Shown in pieces: positions 18,201 through 28,421 of a DNA stretch of 64,000 nucleotides. The notes under the pieces are model-generated. The model did no database searches and was not told the DNA's origin. It saw only the letters and a program-made list of their open reading frames with translations. The stretch is taken from NCBI GenBank assembly GCA_964291285.2, contig OZ219787.1, forward strand, positions 1 through 64,000, read 5' to 3'. This stretch comes from Alphaproteobacteria bacterium (lineage in GTDB: Bacteria > Pseudomonadota > Alphaproteobacteria > Bin95). A program made the translations under genes and the position numbers. How positions within the stretch are numbered: position 1 is the first letter of the stretch; every line of letters begins with the position of its first letter.

Positions 18201-21200
18201 TGGGACGAGGTGCCGACCGCAATCGAGAACCTGGACCTCAACGTCTACAAGGTGCAGTGGAAGGAAAGCGCAGCGTCCGGCGGCTGGCGCGAGCGCAGGG
18301 TGCGGGGCTCGCAGACGGCGCTGACCATCGGCGCGGCTCCCGGCACCGGGTACACGGTGCGGGTCGTCGCCACCCGGCACAAGGCCCCGGACGGGCCGCG
18401 CTCGGCGGAGGCGCAGGCGACGACGCCGGCGTTCGGCTACCGCGTCAAGGGCACCGAGCCGGCGCAGCTCACGGGCGTCAACCTGAACGGCGCCGCGGTG
18501 ATCGTCGAACTGCAGGGCGCGGAGTGGAACCTTGGCCTGCCCCGGCGCCTCTTCAGGCTGTCCGGCCTCGACACCGGCGTCCGGGTGGAGCGGGTGGAGC
18601 CTGTCTCGCGCTCCGAGGCGCGGATCGTCCTCGGCCACCGGGGCCCCAGCATCACGGAAGACGGCGCGCTCACGATCACGATCGACGAGGACACCTACTC
18701 CTGGAACGGGGACCTCACGGTCACCGTGCCGGTCAAGGCGCCCGGCCACGCCAGCGGCGTGCGCGTCAGGGAGACCACCGACACCACGGTCACGGTGGAG
18801 TGGGACCGCTTCGAGGGCGTCAACGTCTATTACCAGGTGCGCTGGAAGGAAAGCGAAGCGGACGGCGGCTGGCGCGGGCGCTGGATGCGAGGGTGGAGCA
18901 ACCCGAAGAGCATGCCCTCGTACCGGATACGCGACCTGACGCCGGGCACGGAGTACACCGTGCAGGTCCGGTACTACGACCGGGGCGGCGTCGGCTTCGG
19001 CCGGTGGACGACCGCGACCATGACGCCCGGGGAAACGGAGACGCCCGGGGGCGATTTCGAGGTAGCCCAGAACCAGACGGCCGGCGTCACGGTCGCCGCC
19101 GACGACCCGGTGCAGGTCGGGGAAGGCGGCGAGGCCGGCTACACGGTGGTGCTCGACGGCCGGCCCGCGGGCGACGTCACGATCGCGGTGAGCAGCGACA
19201 ATGCCGACGTGACGGCAGAGCCGGCGAGCCTCACCTTCACTCCCGACAACTGGCAGACGGCGCAGACCGTGACCGTGAGCGCGGCCCATGACGGCGACGC
19301 GGCGGACGAGGCCGCCACCCTCAGCCACGCGGTCAGCGGCGCCGACGGTTACGCCGGGATCGCCGTCGCCTCCGTCGCCGTCGTCGTCACCGACGACGAC
19401 ACCGCCGGGGTGACGGTGAGCGAGAGCACCCTCAGCCTGGAGGAGGGCGGCAGTTCCACCTACACGCTGGTGCTGGACACGCAGCCCGTGAGCGACGTGG
19501 TCATCTATCCCACAGCCCACGGCGACGGCCTGACGGCAGCGCCGTCGGAGCTCACCTTCACGCCGCAGAACTGGAACCAGGCGCAGACGGTCACCGTCAG
19601 CGCGGCCCACGACGGTGACAAGCTGGACGGGCAGGGCATCATCACCCATTCGATCCTCGTTCCGCCCGAGTCCGCCTACGCCAGCGTCGGCGTGGCCGGC
19701 ATTGCCGTCAGCGTCGACGACGACGATTTGCAGGCGCTGGCGGCCCAGGAGGCCCCGCCGCCGCTATGGACGCTCACGCTGGTGCGCGAGGACCGGCCGT
19801 TCACGACAGTCGCCGAGGCGGACGCGGAATATCCCTCGACCTTCCTGCGCCTGGAGCGCGGCGCCTCGACCGCGCCGATCCCCGACTGGCTGCCGGTGAC
19901 GGTCGGCGGCACGGCGGCCAGCCCGGCGGACTACGAGTTCAACCGGGGCAACCAGTTCCGGGGCATCACCCGCAAGAGCGACGACCTCATGCGCGGCGCG
20001 CGGAAGATCACCGTCAGGGGCGATGCGCTGGACGAGGGCGCGGAGACGATCACCTTCTCGGTGACCGTCGAGGGCGAGACCCTGACCGCGACGCTGGACA
20101 TCGTCGAGGAGCCCCTGGCCGCGGTGGCCGATGCGTCGGTGCAGGAGGCCGCGGGCGCGGTGCTCGGCTTCCGGGTGACGCTGGCGCCGGCGCCGGACGG
20201 CCCGGTGACGGTGGACTGGACGACCGCGGACGGCAGCGCCGCGGCGGGCGCGGACTACACGGCCGCCTCGGGCACGCTCACCTTCGCGGCCGGCGACACG
20301 GAGAAGACGATCTCCGTCGCGGTGCTCGACGACGACATCGACGAGGGCGCGGAGACGATGACGCTCAGGCTCTCGAACGCCGCGGGCGCGGTGCTCGGCG
20401 ACGCGGAGGCGGTGGGCACCATCGCCAACACCGACCCGATGCCGCAGGCGTGGCTCGCGCGGTTCGGGCGCACGGTGGCCGACCAGGTGATCGATGCGGT
20501 GACGGCGCGCTTCGAGGCCGCGCCGCAGGCGGGCTCCGCGGTCAGTATCGCCGGGCAGGCGATGGGCGCGGGCGGCTCGCCGGAGGCGCGGGCGGCCTGC
20601 GCGGCGCGGCCCCCGGCGCACCGGGACCGGCACGGGATCGACGCCCCGGCGGACGGCAACCGGGCCGGGTTCGGCGCCGGCGCGGGCGGCCCCGGGGAGC
20701 GCTGCCGGTCCGAAATGCGCGCGCTGACCGGGCGCGACCTGCTGACGGGGTCCTCGTTCTCGGTCACCGGCGGCAGCGCGGAGGCCGGCTTCGGCACGGT
20801 CTGGGGCTCGGGGGCGGTCACCCGCTTCGACGGGCGCGAGGGCGGCCTCACGCTCGACGGCGAGGTCCTGAGCGCGCTGCTGGGCGCGGACTTCCGGCGC
20901 GACCGGGCGGTGCTGGGCCTCGCGCTGGCGCACAGCCGGGGCGACGGCTCCTACCGGGGCGCCGGCAGCGGCGAGGTGGAGTCGACGCTCACCGGCCTCT
21001 ACCCCTACGGGCGCTACGAGGCGGGCGAACGGCTCTCGCTCTGGGGCATCGCCGGCTTGGGCGCGGGCACGCTGACGCTGACGCCGGAGGGCGGCGGGGC
21101 GGTCGAGGCCGACACGGACATGGCCATGGCCGCGGCGGGCGCTCGCGGGGTGCTGGCCGAGGCGCCGGACGGGGGCGGTCCCGAACTCGCGGTCAAGTCC

Positions 21201-21926
21201 GACCTGCTGTTGCTGCGCATCTCGTCCGACGCCGCGCGCGACGGCGCGGGCGGGCGGCTCGCGGCGGCGGACGCCGACGTGACCCGGCTGCGGCTCGGGC
21301 TGGAGGGGAGCTGGGGCGGCGTCGGGACCGAAGGCGGCGTCACGCTGACGCCGACGCTGGAAGTGGGGCTGCGCCATGACGGCGGCGACGCCGAGACCGG
21401 GTTCGGCGTCGAGGCCGGCGCCGGGCTCGCCTGGACCGACCCGGCGAGCGGGATTGCGGCCGAACTCAGGGCCCGCGGCCTGCTGGCGCACGAGGCCGGC
21501 GGGTTCCGCGAGCGCGGCGTCTCCGGCTCGTTCGCCTGGGACCCGGCATCGGGCTCCGGCCGCGGGCCGTCGCTGACGCTGACCCAGACCCTGGGCGGCC
21601 CGGCTTCGGGCGGCGTGGACGCGCTGTTCCGCGACGGTGCGCTCACCGGGCTCGACGCGAACGGCGACGGGTTCGGCGCGCGCCGCTTCGAGACGAAGCT
21701 CGGCTACGGCTTCGGCGCGTTCGGGGACCGGTTCACGGTGACGCCGGAGGCCGGCTTCGGCCTCTCCAACGCCGGCCGCGACTACCGCCTCGGCTGGCGG
21801 CTGAACCCCTCGGGCGGCGGCTCGTCCCTCGAACTCCGGCTGGAGGCGACGAGGCGCGAGGCCGCCAACGACAACGGCGCGGAGCCCGAACACACGGTCG
21901 GGGTGCGGCTCAACGCGCGCTGGTAG
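15227..21926 (+). CDS. Giant FN3/Calx-beta surface adhesin with autotransporter-like beta-barrel, 5'-truncated
   Basis: FN3 repeats (W..P.....ITGY.V.YR), Calx-beta (DGSAAAGADY, DDDIDEGAET), C-terminal barrel ending in W; no signal peptide, frame begins at the transposon IR. Confidence 0.88.
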
Positions 21927-22080
21927 GCGCCGCCCGGCTCATAACTGCGGTGCCGGGTTACGACTCATGAGAGGTCGCGCTCCACCGTCGCCCCGGCCCC
22001 CGCCTTCGAGCATGTGAAGGAATCGGACTTGTCGGGCGTTGCATTGCCCGTCAGACGGGAAGCAGCCCCGGCCTGCCTCA

Positions 22081-22655
22081 AACCGCCTGCCCCCGCGAAG
22101 GCGGGGGTCACCCCGGACTTGATCCGGGGTCCAACTCCGGCTCTCCCGGCGGCCTCGGGCGGTCCAATCCTGTTTCGAACGGCCGCGGCGGGCGCAAACG
22201 GTCAGGGATGGACCCCGGATCAAGTCCACTGCTGTCCGGTTTAGGTTTTCTGGACAAGGTGCATGGCCCGGGTTCAACCGGGTTTCGAAGGGTCCAGTGG
22301 AATCGAGGCTCGGATTGGCCGCCAGCGTCCCTCATCCTGAGTAGCGCCGGCCTTCGCCCCGCGAAGGCTGGCATGTATCGAAGGACCTCCGCCCCCACCG
22401 CCGTCACCCCCGCGAAGGCGGGGGGCCATCCCTGACCGTTTGCGTCTGCCGCAGCCGTTCGGAGCGGGACCGGACCGCCCGTGCCGGCCGGGAATGTCAG
22501 GGATGGGCCCCGGATCGGGGTCCGGGGCGACGGGTGGGGTCTGCACCGCCACCGTCCCCCAACCGCCTGCCCCCGCCGAGGCGAGGGTCACCCTCCGCTC
22601 GGTTTCGCCCTGGCGGCTGAACCGGACAGCAGTGGATCAAGTCCGGGGTGACGGT
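22081..22655. repeat. Cluster of nested REP/REPIN-like palindromes
   Basis: GTCACCCCGGACTTGATCCGGGGTCCA doublets, CCCCGCGAAGGCGGGG and CTCATCCTGAGTAGCG...TATCGAAGG units. Confidence 0.8.
22227..22634. mobile_element. Non-autonomous MITE (408 bp) inserted in a REP arm
   Basis: 18-bp TIR CACTGCTGTCCGGTT(T/C)AG and 9-bp TSD GATCAAGTC (22218-22226, 22635-22643). Confidence 0.82.
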
Positions 22656-22779
22656 GTTTGTCTGTCCTCGTCCCGTTTCGACACAGGCGGCTGTTGCTCC
22701 GATTCCGTCACACGCTCCTTCGCGGGGGCGACGAAAAGGGGCGGCTGTCGGCACAGGTTCCGATCAATGACCGTTGGTA

Positions 22780-23526
22780 TCAGTGGTCGCTCAGCAGCGC
22801 GCCGCAGCCGTATATGCGGTCGTCGAACCCGTTGGCCCGGTAGGCGTGCCAGGCGAGCGCCGCGTTGACGGCGACCACCGGCTTGCCGAGCCAGCCCTCC
22901 GCCTCCGCCGCCAGCCGCACCATGGACAGGTTGGTGCCCACCTGCAGGATGGCGTCCACGTCCGGGCCGTCGATCCCGCGCAGCGCGCCGCGCAGCTCGT
23001 CCGGCGGGACCGCCGCGATGGCCGTGGCGCTCGCGCATTCCAGATCGACGGAGCGGACCACCGGGAAGCCGGACTCCTCAAAATAGCGGACGATCTGCCC
23101 GCGCATGACCGGCTGGTAGGGAGAAAGCACCGCGATCCGCCGCGCGCCGAGCGCCTCCAGCGCCGCGCTGCACGCCTCCCCGCCGGTGGTCACGCCCAGC
23201 CCGCAAAGCCGCCGGGCGCGTTCGAGGAACGCCGCGCCGCCCTCCCGTCCGCCCCAGAAGGTCGGCGCCGACATGCCCATCACCAGATAGTCCGGCTCGC
23301 AGGCCATCGCATCGCGGACCGCCGTCCCGAAGGCGCGGTCCACCTGGCCGAGGAGCCGCTCGAAGGCGTCGTCCGAGTCGAGCGCCGGGTTCTCGAAATA
23401 CATCCGCCCGGCGTGGAAGGTGACGCCCGGAATCCGCAGCAGATGGTTGAAGTCAGCCTCCACCATCGTGTTGGTGGCGGGCACGATGACCGCGATCTTG
23501 GCGCGGTATCCGGCGACATCGGGCAT
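22780..23526 (-). CDS. Asp/Glu racemase superfamily protein (maleate isomerase/arylmalonate decarboxylase-like)
   Basis: IVPATNTMVE, LGARRIAVLSPY, LQVGTNL, LGKPVVAVN. Confidence 0.85.
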   Translation of the reverse strand: MPDVAGYRAKIAVIVPATNTMVEADFNHLLRIPGVTFHAGRMYFENPALDSDDAFERLLGQVDRAFGTAVRDAMACEPDYLVMGMSAPTFWGGREGGAAFLERARRLCGLGVTTGGEACSAALEALGARRIAVLSPYQPVMRGQIVRYFEESGFPVVRSVDLECASATAIAAVPPDELRGALRGIDGPDVDAILQVGTNLSMVRLAAEAEGWLGKPVVAVNAALAWHAYRANGFDDRIYGCGALLSDH

Positions 23527-23669
23527 GGCGTTCGGGGCGCCTCCCCGGCGCGCGGTGCAGCGGTGCGGTCCCGGACAATCGCAGGAAGGCGGGCGCCGCG
23601 CCAGCCCGGCGGCTTGGCGGCCAAGCCGTCCATGCCCTAATCTCCGCCCGGTCAGCGGGAGGAAAGCCG

Positions 23670-24566
23670 ATGTCCGACGGAATCGTTTTCATGGACGGCG
23701 ACTACATGGCCCCGGAAGAGGCCAGGATGTCGATCTTCGACGCCGGGTTCATCTGGGGCGACAGCGTCTATGACGTGACCTCCACATGGAACGGCTGGTT
23801 CTTCATGCTGGACGAGCATCTGGAGCGGTTCCAGCGGTCCTGCGAGGGCTTCCGGCTGGAGAACCCCTATTCCTTCGAGGAGATGCGCCGCATCTGCGCG
23901 GAATGCGTGGAGCGCACGGGCCTCGCGAACACCTATGTGAAGATGCAGATCACGCGCGGCGTGCCGCCGATGGGCGTGCGCGACCCGCGCGGCCTGGAGC
24001 CGAGCGTCACGGTGTATGCCGTCCCCTATGTGTGGATCTGGGGCGAGGACAAGTGCCGCAACGGCGCGACCCTCCATGTGAGCGGCGTCGAGCGGGTGTC
24101 GTCGAAGGCCATCGACCAGCGCTTCAAGAACTACAACCGGGCGGACCTCGTGCAGGCGCGCCTGGAGGCCTACGACCAGGGCTGCGACGACGCAATCCTC
24201 GCGGGCCCTGACGGCTTCCTCTCCGAGGGGCCGGGCTTCAACGTCTTCGCCGTGCTCGGCGGCAGGGTGGCGAGCCCCGACTACAATGTGCTGGAAGGCG
24301 TGACGCGCCGCGCGGTGCGCGAGATCTGCGAGCGCGAGGGCATCCCGTTCGAGCTGCGCAGGATCCGCCCCGAGGAGCTCGAAGAGGCGAGCGAGGTGTT
24401 CGCCAGCACCACCGCCGGCGGGGTCATGCCGATCACCGGGGTCAACGGCAGGACCGTCGGCAACGGCCATGCCGGCATCGTCACGAGCCGCATCCAGTCG
24501 ATCTACTGGAGCGAGCGCGCGGCGGGCTGGCACGGCGTCAGGCCCGCCGACATCCTGGCCGGCTGA
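23670..24566 (+). CDS. Class IV PLP aminotransferase
   Basis: DAGFIWGDSVYDV, FKNYN, SEGPGFNVF, LEGVTR, STTAGGVMP. Confidence 0.9.
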   Translation: MSDGIVFMDGDYMAPEEARMSIFDAGFIWGDSVYDVTSTWNGWFFMLDEHLERFQRSCEGFRLENPYSFEEMRRICAECVERTGLANTYVKMQITRGVPPMGVRDPRGLEPSVTVYAVPYVWIWGEDKCRNGATLHVSGVERVSSKAIDQRFKNYNRADLVQARLEAYDQGCDDAILAGPDGFLSEGPGFNVFAVLGGRVASPDYNVLEGVTRRAVREICEREGIPFELRRIRPEELEEASEVFASTTAGGVMPITGVNGRTVGNGHAGIVTSRIQSIYWSERAAGWHGVRPADILAG

Positions 24567-24572
24567 CCGGCC

Positions 24573-26135
24573 GTGGACGGCGTCCCCCGTTCCGTGAGCG
24601 GCTATGACGACGAGTTCGACGTCGTCGTGGTCGGCTACGGCTTCGCCGGGTCCGTCTCGGCGCTGGAGGCGGCGCGCGCCGGGGCGCGGGTGCTGCTGGT
24701 CGAGAAGACCGGCGTGCCCGGCGGCATCTCGATCTGCTCCTACGGCTCGGTGCGCTGCGCGATGGACGCCGGGAAGGCCCGCAGCTACCTGGCCGCCACC
24801 AATGGCGGGCGCACGCCGGACGGCGTGAACCGCGCGCTTGCCGACGGCATGGCCCTGCTGGAGCCCTATGTGCGCGACCTCGCCCGGGTGAACGGGGCGG
24901 AGATCGGCACCAGCGTCGAGGCCGGCAAGGCCGGCGGCAACTACCCCCTGCCGGGCTTCGACACCTTCTACCACACGACCGTCCACGCGGTGCCGAACTT
25001 CGATGCCCGCGCGGTCTATCCCTGGGCCAACGGCGCACCGGGCGGGCCGATGCTGTTCAGGATCCTCGACGACAATCTCGCGAACGAGGATGTCGAGGTG
25101 CGGCTGAACACGCGCGGGCTGCGCCTGCTGACCTCGGAGGACGGCTCCGAAGTCCGCGGCATAACCGTGTCGGGCCGCGACGGCATCCGCCATGTCAAGG
25201 CGCGGCGGGGCGTCATCCTGGCCTCGGGCGGCTTCGAGGGCAGCGCAGAGCGGCAGGACCAGTTCTGGGAAGGCCGGCCGGTCCTGCCGGCCGCGGCGCG
25301 GCACAACACCGGCGACGGCATCGCCATGGCCCAGGACCTGGGCGCCGAGCTCTGGCACATGTGGCATTTCCACGGCGCCTACGGCTTCCGCAGCGCCGAC
25401 CCGGACTATCCCTACGGCATCAGGGTCAAGCGCCTGCCCGACTGGCGCCCCGCCGCAGACGGCGGCCACGGCGACCCCGGCGTGAAGATGGCCTGGATCC
25501 TGCTGGACAGGGACGGGCGGCGCTACATGAACGAATACCTGCCCTACACCCACGACACCGGGCACCGGCAGATGCAGCTCTACGACACGGTGCGGCAGGA
25601 CTATCCGCGCATTCCGAGCGCCATGATCTGCGACGAGAACGGGCGCCGGCTCTATCCGCTGGGCCAGCCCACCTCCAACGACGAGGGCGTGAGGCTGGAC
25701 TGGAGCGAGGACAATCTGGCGGAGGTCGCGTCGGGCACGCTCAAGCGGGCGGACACGCTCGCCGCGCTCGCGGATGCGCTCGGCCTCGACCCGGCCGCCG
25801 CGGAGGCGAGCGTCCGGCGCTGGAACGAGTTCTGCGCGGCCGGGCGCGACGGGGATTTCGGCCGCCCGCCGGGGACGATGCTGCCCATCGACACGCCGCC
25901 CTATTACGGCGCGCCGATATGGCCGGTGGTGTCGAACACCCAGGGCGGCCCGGTCCACGATGCCGGCCAGCGGATCGTCAACGTGTTCGGCGCGCCGATC
26001 CCGAGGCTCTATGCGGCGGGCGAACTCGGCAGCGCCTTCGGCCACCTCTACCTCTCCGGCGGCAACATCGCCGAATGCTTCGTCTCCGGCCGCATCGCCG
26101 GCGCCGGCGCGGCGGCGCTGCCGGACTGGGGATAG
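24573..26135 (+). CDS. FAD-dependent oxidoreductase (fumarate reductase/KstD flavoprotein family)
   Basis: DVVVVGYGFAG, GVILASGGF, NTGDG, NTQGGP, LYAAGE. Confidence 0.88.
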   Translation: MDGVPRSVSGYDDEFDVVVVGYGFAGSVSALEAARAGARVLLVEKTGVPGGISICSYGSVRCAMDAGKARSYLAATNGGRTPDGVNRALADGMALLEPYVRDLARVNGAEIGTSVEAGKAGGNYPLPGFDTFYHTTVHAVPNFDARAVYPWANGAPGGPMLFRILDDNLANEDVEVRLNTRGLRLLTSEDGSEVRGITVSGRDGIRHVKARRGVILASGGFEGSAERQDQFWEGRPVLPAAARHNTGDGIAMAQDLGAELWHMWHFHGAYGFRSADPDYPYGIRVKRLPDWRPAADGGHGDPGVKMAWILLDRDGRRYMNEYLPYTHDTGHRQMQLYDTVRQDYPRIPSAMICDENGRRLYPLGQPTSNDEGVRLDWSEDNLAEVASGTLKRADTLAALADALGLDPAAAEASVRRWNEFCAAGRDGDFGRPPGTMLPIDTPPYYGAPIWPVVSNTQGGPVHDAGQRIVNVFGAPIPRLYAAGELGSAFGHLYLSGGNIAECFVSGRIAGAGAAALPDWG

Positions 26136-26144
26136 GTCCGACGC

Positions 26145-28319
26145 TCAGCTCTCAAACGGCGCGGGGTCGGCGAAGCGGTCGAGCACGTTCTTCGTGATGC
26201 GCGAGATGTTGTTGTCGTAGTTGTTGTGGGAGAGGCTGCCGCAATAGGTGATGGAGCCGACGGAGAACACGGCCCCGCCGGCCGCGGTCTCGAAGAAGGC
26301 CAGGTTCGAGCGCACCAGCGCCTCGGGCGGCTCGCCCGGCCAGGTCACGAGGTGGGTCAGCAGCTCCTCCGGCACCACGACGAAGGTGTCGCCGTGCTCC
26401 TCGGAAGTCGCCAGCACGAGCGTGTTGGGCGGCGAGCCGAGGCGCGTGTCCACCCGGTCGAGCTCGAAGCCGGCCGCGCCCCCGCCGGAGAGGCCGAAAT
26501 CGCCCAGTATGCGGTCCGGCACGCCCTCGAAGATCCAGGCGGCGCGCGGGTCGTCGGCGCCGGGGCCGCGCACATAGTATGAGCCGACGAACTGCCCCTG
26601 GGCCGAGAAGCCGACCCCGGCGAGCTTCTGCGGCGGGCGGTCGTTGCGCCGCCAGAGGCCGCCATACTCCCCGTCGAGCGCGTTGTAATACTCGCCCGGC
26701 TCCGCCGCCCAGGCGCGGATGCCGCCCTCGCCCCGCCGGATTTCCACGGCGCCGGGCGCGGCGTCGCTGACCGCCACCCGCCAGTAGAAGCCGTTGCCGC
26801 CGAGATACATGAGCCGCCCGCCCTCATCGAGGTGGCGCTGGAGGGCGTCGAGCGTGTTGGCGGTGTGGTATTCGGGATGGGAGCCGGTGAGCACGACGCG
26901 GTAGGACGAGATCAGGCCGTAGCCCTCGCGGTCCAGGTCGTGGTCGGTGACGAGGTCGAACTCGTAACCCTTCTCCTCCAGCCAGTCGATGAGGTGGGTG
27001 TCGCCCGGATAGTGGCGCATCCCCGAGCCCGCCTCGTCCAGATAGCTCATATAGCCGGACCGCTGGGTCAGCACCGGGCGGCGCTGCGAGGCGAAGGAAA
27101 TGCCGCTGCCGTCGGTGTGGCGGTCATAGGTGGAGAGGCCGTATTCCCGGTGGCGGTCGGCCGTGAGCCGGCGCGCGCCCCACTCCCGGGCGCGGGCCAG
27201 ATAGGCCTCGGTCGTCACGCCCCGCGCATAGTTGCCGTACACCGTGTAGGTGAAGGTCGGGACCAGCACGCAGACGGGCGTGCGCCGGGAGCCGCGCGGC
27301 GGCAGCACGAAGAAGGGGATCGAGTCCTCATGCTCCCCGCAGGAGAGCCGCACCGCATAGGAGCCGCTCTTGAGGCCGGCCGGGACCGTGTAGGCAAAAT
27401 CGGTCTCCCAGCCGCAGTCGTAGAGGTCGTCCTCGTGGAAGTGGATGGCCCCGTATTCCTCCGGCGCGTGGCGCCAGCACTGCTCCCGGCCGCTCCAGTT
27501 GGAGCCCTTCATGCCCCGCGTCGGCAGGTTCACAAGCTCGCCGTGCCAGCCGTTCGGCCCCGCATCGACCGCCCGCAGCGAGGAGATGTCGCGCGAGAAG
27601 TCCCAGTCGGCGACGATGTCGCCGCCCGGCGCGGCGCCCCGCGTGATCCGCGGGCGTTCGATCTTGCCGTTGAAATGGCCGCCGACCGGGCTTCCTCCGG
27701 CAGCGCCGATGAGGATGTCGCCGGCGATCCCGGCGCGGGGGCCGTCCACCTGCCCGTTCGCCGTTCCCGTGTCGTCCACCCGGGCGAAGGGCCGGAGCGC
27801 CTGCTGCCCGACCGAGACCGCGCCGGTCGCCGGGTCGATGCTCGCCCACACCCGGTACCAGGCGCGCGGAAGCATCGGCTTGCCGACGGCGACCGTCTCG
27901 ACTCCGTCCGTCGTCGCAACCCTGACGCATGCGCCCCGCTCGCCGTCCAGCAGGAGCGCGAAGCCGCCCGCCCCGCCGAGCCATGAGAGGACGCCCTGCC
28001 CCTCCTGCTCCGGCAGCGTCGGCCAGATCGTCGCGGACACGGTCAGGGCTTCCGCCTCCAGCCCCGCGCCCGGGATGCGGGCATAGGAGCCGAGCGCGGC
28101 GTCCTTCGCCCGCGAGGGCCAGGCGCCTTCGATGTCGGATGCGACCGCCTCCTCCTTGATGCCCGGGCCTGCCGGGTTCGGGTCCGCCGAGATGACGCGC
28201 ACGAGCCGCGCCCGGTAGGGCTCGGCGGAGCGGCTGCTCACCTTGAACGCGACAGTCTCGCCGGGGCGCGCCGACCAGCGGTCGGCATACCCGATCAGGG
28301 GAATCGTGTTGGGGATCAT
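26145..28319 (-). CDS. N,N-dimethylformamidase large-subunit family protein
   Basis: PTFTYTVYGN, GLSTYDRHTDGSG, GSHPEY, YLGGNGFYW, GAAGFELDR. Confidence 0.88.
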   Translation of the reverse strand: MIPNTIPLIGYADRWSARPGETVAFKVSSRSAEPYRARLVRVISADPNPAGPGIKEEAVASDIEGAWPSRAKDAALGSYARIPGAGLEAEALTVSATIWPTLPEQEGQGVLSWLGGAGGFALLLDGERGACVRVATTDGVETVAVGKPMLPRAWYRVWASIDPATGAVSVGQQALRPFARVDDTGTANGQVDGPRAGIAGDILIGAAGGSPVGGHFNGKIERPRITRGAAPGGDIVADWDFSRDISSLRAVDAGPNGWHGELVNLPTRGMKGSNWSGREQCWRHAPEEYGAIHFHEDDLYDCGWETDFAYTVPAGLKSGSYAVRLSCGEHEDSIPFFVLPPRGSRRTPVCVLVPTFTYTVYGNYARGVTTEAYLARAREWGARRLTADRHREYGLSTYDRHTDGSGISFASQRRPVLTQRSGYMSYLDEAGSGMRHYPGDTHLIDWLEEKGYEFDLVTDHDLDREGYGLISSYRVVLTGSHPEYHTANTLDALQRHLDEGGRLMYLGGNGFYWRVAVSDAAPGAVEIRRGEGGIRAWAAEPGEYYNALDGEYGGLWRRNDRPPQKLAGVGFSAQGQFVGSYYVRGPGADDPRAAWIFEGVPDRILGDFGLSGGGAAGFELDRVDTRLGSPPNTLVLATSEEHGDTFVVVPEELLTHLVTWPGEPPEALVRSNLAFFETAAGGAVFSVGSITYCGSLSHNNYDNNISRITKNVLDRFADPAPFES

Positions 28320-28421
28320 TGCGGGGCTCCCGTCCTTGCCCTAATGCGGGGCGGCCGGATCATACAACCATTTCGCCGACGGCCCTTCGAGGGCGGAGGC
28401 GGCGCGAGGAGGCCGGGACCC

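Noticed and set aside
21930-22770. Possible CRISPR array, or small genes in the repeat-rich gaps (also 32030-32510)
   Set aside because: Repeats are palindromic, nested and irregularly spaced, with no unique spacers or cas genes; the ORFs are translated REPs.
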